Shown here one piece after another: positions 46,711-47,994 of a DNA stretch of 47,994 nt; position 1 is the stretch's first letter; every line of letters begins with the position of its first letter. Source of the DNA: an uncultured archaeon (GTDB taxonomy: Archaea > Asgardarchaeota > Lokiarchaeia > Sigyniarchaeales > SOKP01); NCBI GenBank assembly GCA_964481225.1, contig CAYZTE010000002.1, positions 1 to 47,994 on the forward strand, in the 5' to 3' direction. A program made the translations under genes and the position numbers. Below the pieces are notes generated by a model. It saw nothing but the letters and a program-made list of their open reading frames with translations, was not told where the DNA came from and made no database searches.

Positions 46711-47129
46711 CTGTCATTTTTGAGTCGTTTGAGATAAGAACTAAAGCATATTGTGATGTAATTAATATAACTAACCAGGTTCAAAATTCTATAAAAAGTA
46801 GCGGCATTGACAACGGAATAGTAAATGTTCACGTAGCGGGATCAACTGGTGCGATTTCAACTTTAGAATACGAACCAGGGCTTGTTAATCATGATATCAA
46901 AGAAATATTGGAGAAATTAATACCTTATGATAGGAATTATGCACATCACAAAACCTGGCACGACTATAACGGAGCAGGTCATCTAAGGAGCTTTCTAATT
47001 AAAACTACTCAAACCTTTCCTTTTAAAAAGCAGAAACTTATCTTGGGAACTTGGCAGCAAATCATCTTTATTGAATGTGATGAGAAAGCTAGATCGAGAA
47101 CGATTTATTGCACGCTGATGGGCGAATAG
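46707..47129 (+). CDS. YjbQ/UPF0047-family protein (secondary thiamine-phosphate synthase-like)
   Basis: VHVAGSTGAISTLEYEPGL, HH...N..GHLRS, ILGTWQQIIFIECD. ATGA overlap with the upstream ORF. Confidence 0.85.
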   Translation: MTVIFESFEIRTKAYCDVINITNQVQNSIKSSGIDNGIVNVHVAGSTGAISTLEYEPGLVNHDIKEILEKLIPYDRNYAHHKTWHDYNGAGHLRSFLIKTTQTFPFKKQKLILGTWQQIIFIECDEKARSRTIYCTLMGE

Positions 47130-47174
47130 GCTTTTTTTTAATCTTTTTTTAAAAAAATAAAGATTGTTAAATTG
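47130..47174. terminator. Possible bidirectional oligo-T terminator between convergent genes
   Basis: T8 and T7 runs on the + strand just after the YjbQ stop, followed by an A7 run (T7 on the - strand) after the 47175-47399 ORF. Archaeal termination commonly uses oligo-T. Confidence 0.35.
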
Positions 47175-47399
47175 TTATTTAGCTTGCTTAATTAGTTCTT
47201 CTAATTCTGTAATGATTTCCTGATATTTATCTCGCTGGCGTATTTTTTCAAATTTTTCCCTAAGATTCATGACTGATTTATCGAATTGTTTTACTTGTTC
47301 GGCAAATACTGGGATTTTCTTTAAGGTCTTATACGAACTTTCTTTTAAACTAATTTGATACTCTAAATTTTCTAAAAATTTATTTTCTCTATCAATCAT
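47175..47399 (-). CDS. Hypothetical small coiled-coil protein
   Basis: 74-aa charged helical ORF. No family recognised. Confidence 0.35.
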   Translation of the reverse strand: MIDRENKFLENLEYQISLKESSYKTLKKIPVFAEQVKQFDKSVMNLREKFEKIRQRDKYQEIITELEELIKQAK

Positions 47400-47717
47400 T
47401 TACATCCTCTTCTTATATAAATTAAATCATTGAGTAAAATCACGGGAATCACTTTAAAAAATATGAATGTCATATATATGTCATCAAATTCGCTTTAAAA
47501 TCACTATTCTTTGAGCAAATTATCGCAAGAAAAAGAAACCATGGATACATGAGTAATATTTAGACATTACTTCAATATTATAACCATCAATATATCAAAT
47601 GAAAATTAAAGTATATTTTGTAATTTTGAATCTGAATTCGAAGAAATTTAAATGTATTTGAATCTATTATTTTATTAAATTCAATATATAGCTTTAACAG
47701 AATATGTGTTGAAAACA

Positions 47718-47994
47718 ATGGAAAGCTTTATAAAAGTGATCATATCTGGCTTGGACAACGCCGGTAAGACTTCAATATTAACAGCATTAGACAAAAAATA
47801 TGATTTTGAGAAAGATATTGTCCAACTTAAACCTACCATTAGAGTAGAATATCATAAAATGAATTTTTTAAAAAGCAACACTGTATTCTGGGATATGGGA
47901 GGTCAGGAAACTTATCGGGAGATTTACATTAATTACCAAGATGTTTACTTTGATGCTACTGATTTACTAATTTATGTTATTGATATTCAGGACC
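47718..47994 (+). CDS. Arf/Arl/Sar-like small GTPase, 3'-truncated by window edge
   Basis: My translation from the ATG at 47718: MESFIKVIISGLDNAGKTSIL...FWDMGGQETYREIY...LLIYVIDIQD. GLDNAGKT and WDxGGQ are Arf-family hallmarks. Confidence 0.8.
   Translation, partial: MESFIKVIISGLDNAGKTSILTALDKKYDFEKDIVQLKPTIRVEYHKMNFLKSNTVFWDMGGQETYREIYINYQDVYFDATDLLIYVIDIQD

Noticed and set aside
2447-46832. Many 60-122-aa ORFs in the track that lie inside larger genes on the opposite strand. By start coordinate: 2447, 3436, 4777, 5311, 5929, 8693, 8856, 10443, 11121, 12269, 14750, 15461, 15785, 17748, 22521, 25363, 29823, 31810, 32451, 32805, 34560, 36207, 36852, 40392, 42159, 42985, 43218, 44391, 45185, 45701, 46581.
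   Set aside because: All lie antisense to, or overlap, ORFs with clear family motifs. They have S/F/L/I-rich compositions typical of antisense frames in AT-rich DNA, and none has a recognisable motif.
1-47994. Search for tRNA, rRNA, CRISPR arrays, transposases/integrases and long direct or inverted repeats
   Set aside because: All intergenic spacers are short (at most ~480 nt) and uniformly AT-rich, with no GC-rich structured segments. I saw no regularly spaced repeats and no recombinase-like ORF. The only long-range similarity is between the two histidine kinase paralogs.

Overview
Gene-dense, very AT-rich archaeal chromosomal window with about 50 supportable CDS. I found no rRNA, tRNA, CRISPR array, transposase or integrase. 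The housekeeping backbone is: hdrC/hdrB (5' edge, partial); Lrp/AsnC regulator; aEF-1beta; bacterial-type mismatch repair mutL and mutS; 2-oxoacid:ferredoxin oxidoreductase porG plus porDAB; aroC/aroA; the rpoD-eL18-uL13-uS9 cluster; glyA; TrmI; YjbQ. Scattered among these are many eukaryote-signature proteins: a Rab/Ras-like GTPase, an Arf-like GTPase (3' edge, partial), a degenerate pseudo-GTPase, a gelsolin-like domain protein, RIO2 kinase, an Sm/LSm protein, a eukaryote-like PPP phosphatase and a Clp1/Grc3-type kinase. This mix points to an Asgard (Loki-type) archaeon, which is an inference. The best candidate for an undescribed system is a tightly linked minus-strand pair at 28271-30889: an apparently circularly permuted ATP-grasp amidoligase followed 3 nt later by an M14-like zinc carboxypeptidase. 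Together they could add and remove peptide tails, the same logic as eukaryotic TTLL/CCP enzymes. Other points worth a second look: (1) a 4-TM membrane protein with a gelsolin-like N-terminal domain, overlapping RIO2 by 4 nt; (2) a por operon split by two tandem orphan multi-PAS histidine kinase paralogs; (3) TrmI and a tRNA-binding domain separated only by one in-frame TGA; (4) a frame-broken Zn-ribbon gene upstream of EF-1beta; (5) a nuclease-less Eco57I-type DNA methyltransferase. All functional calls come from motifs read by eye in the supplied translations. No database search was run.
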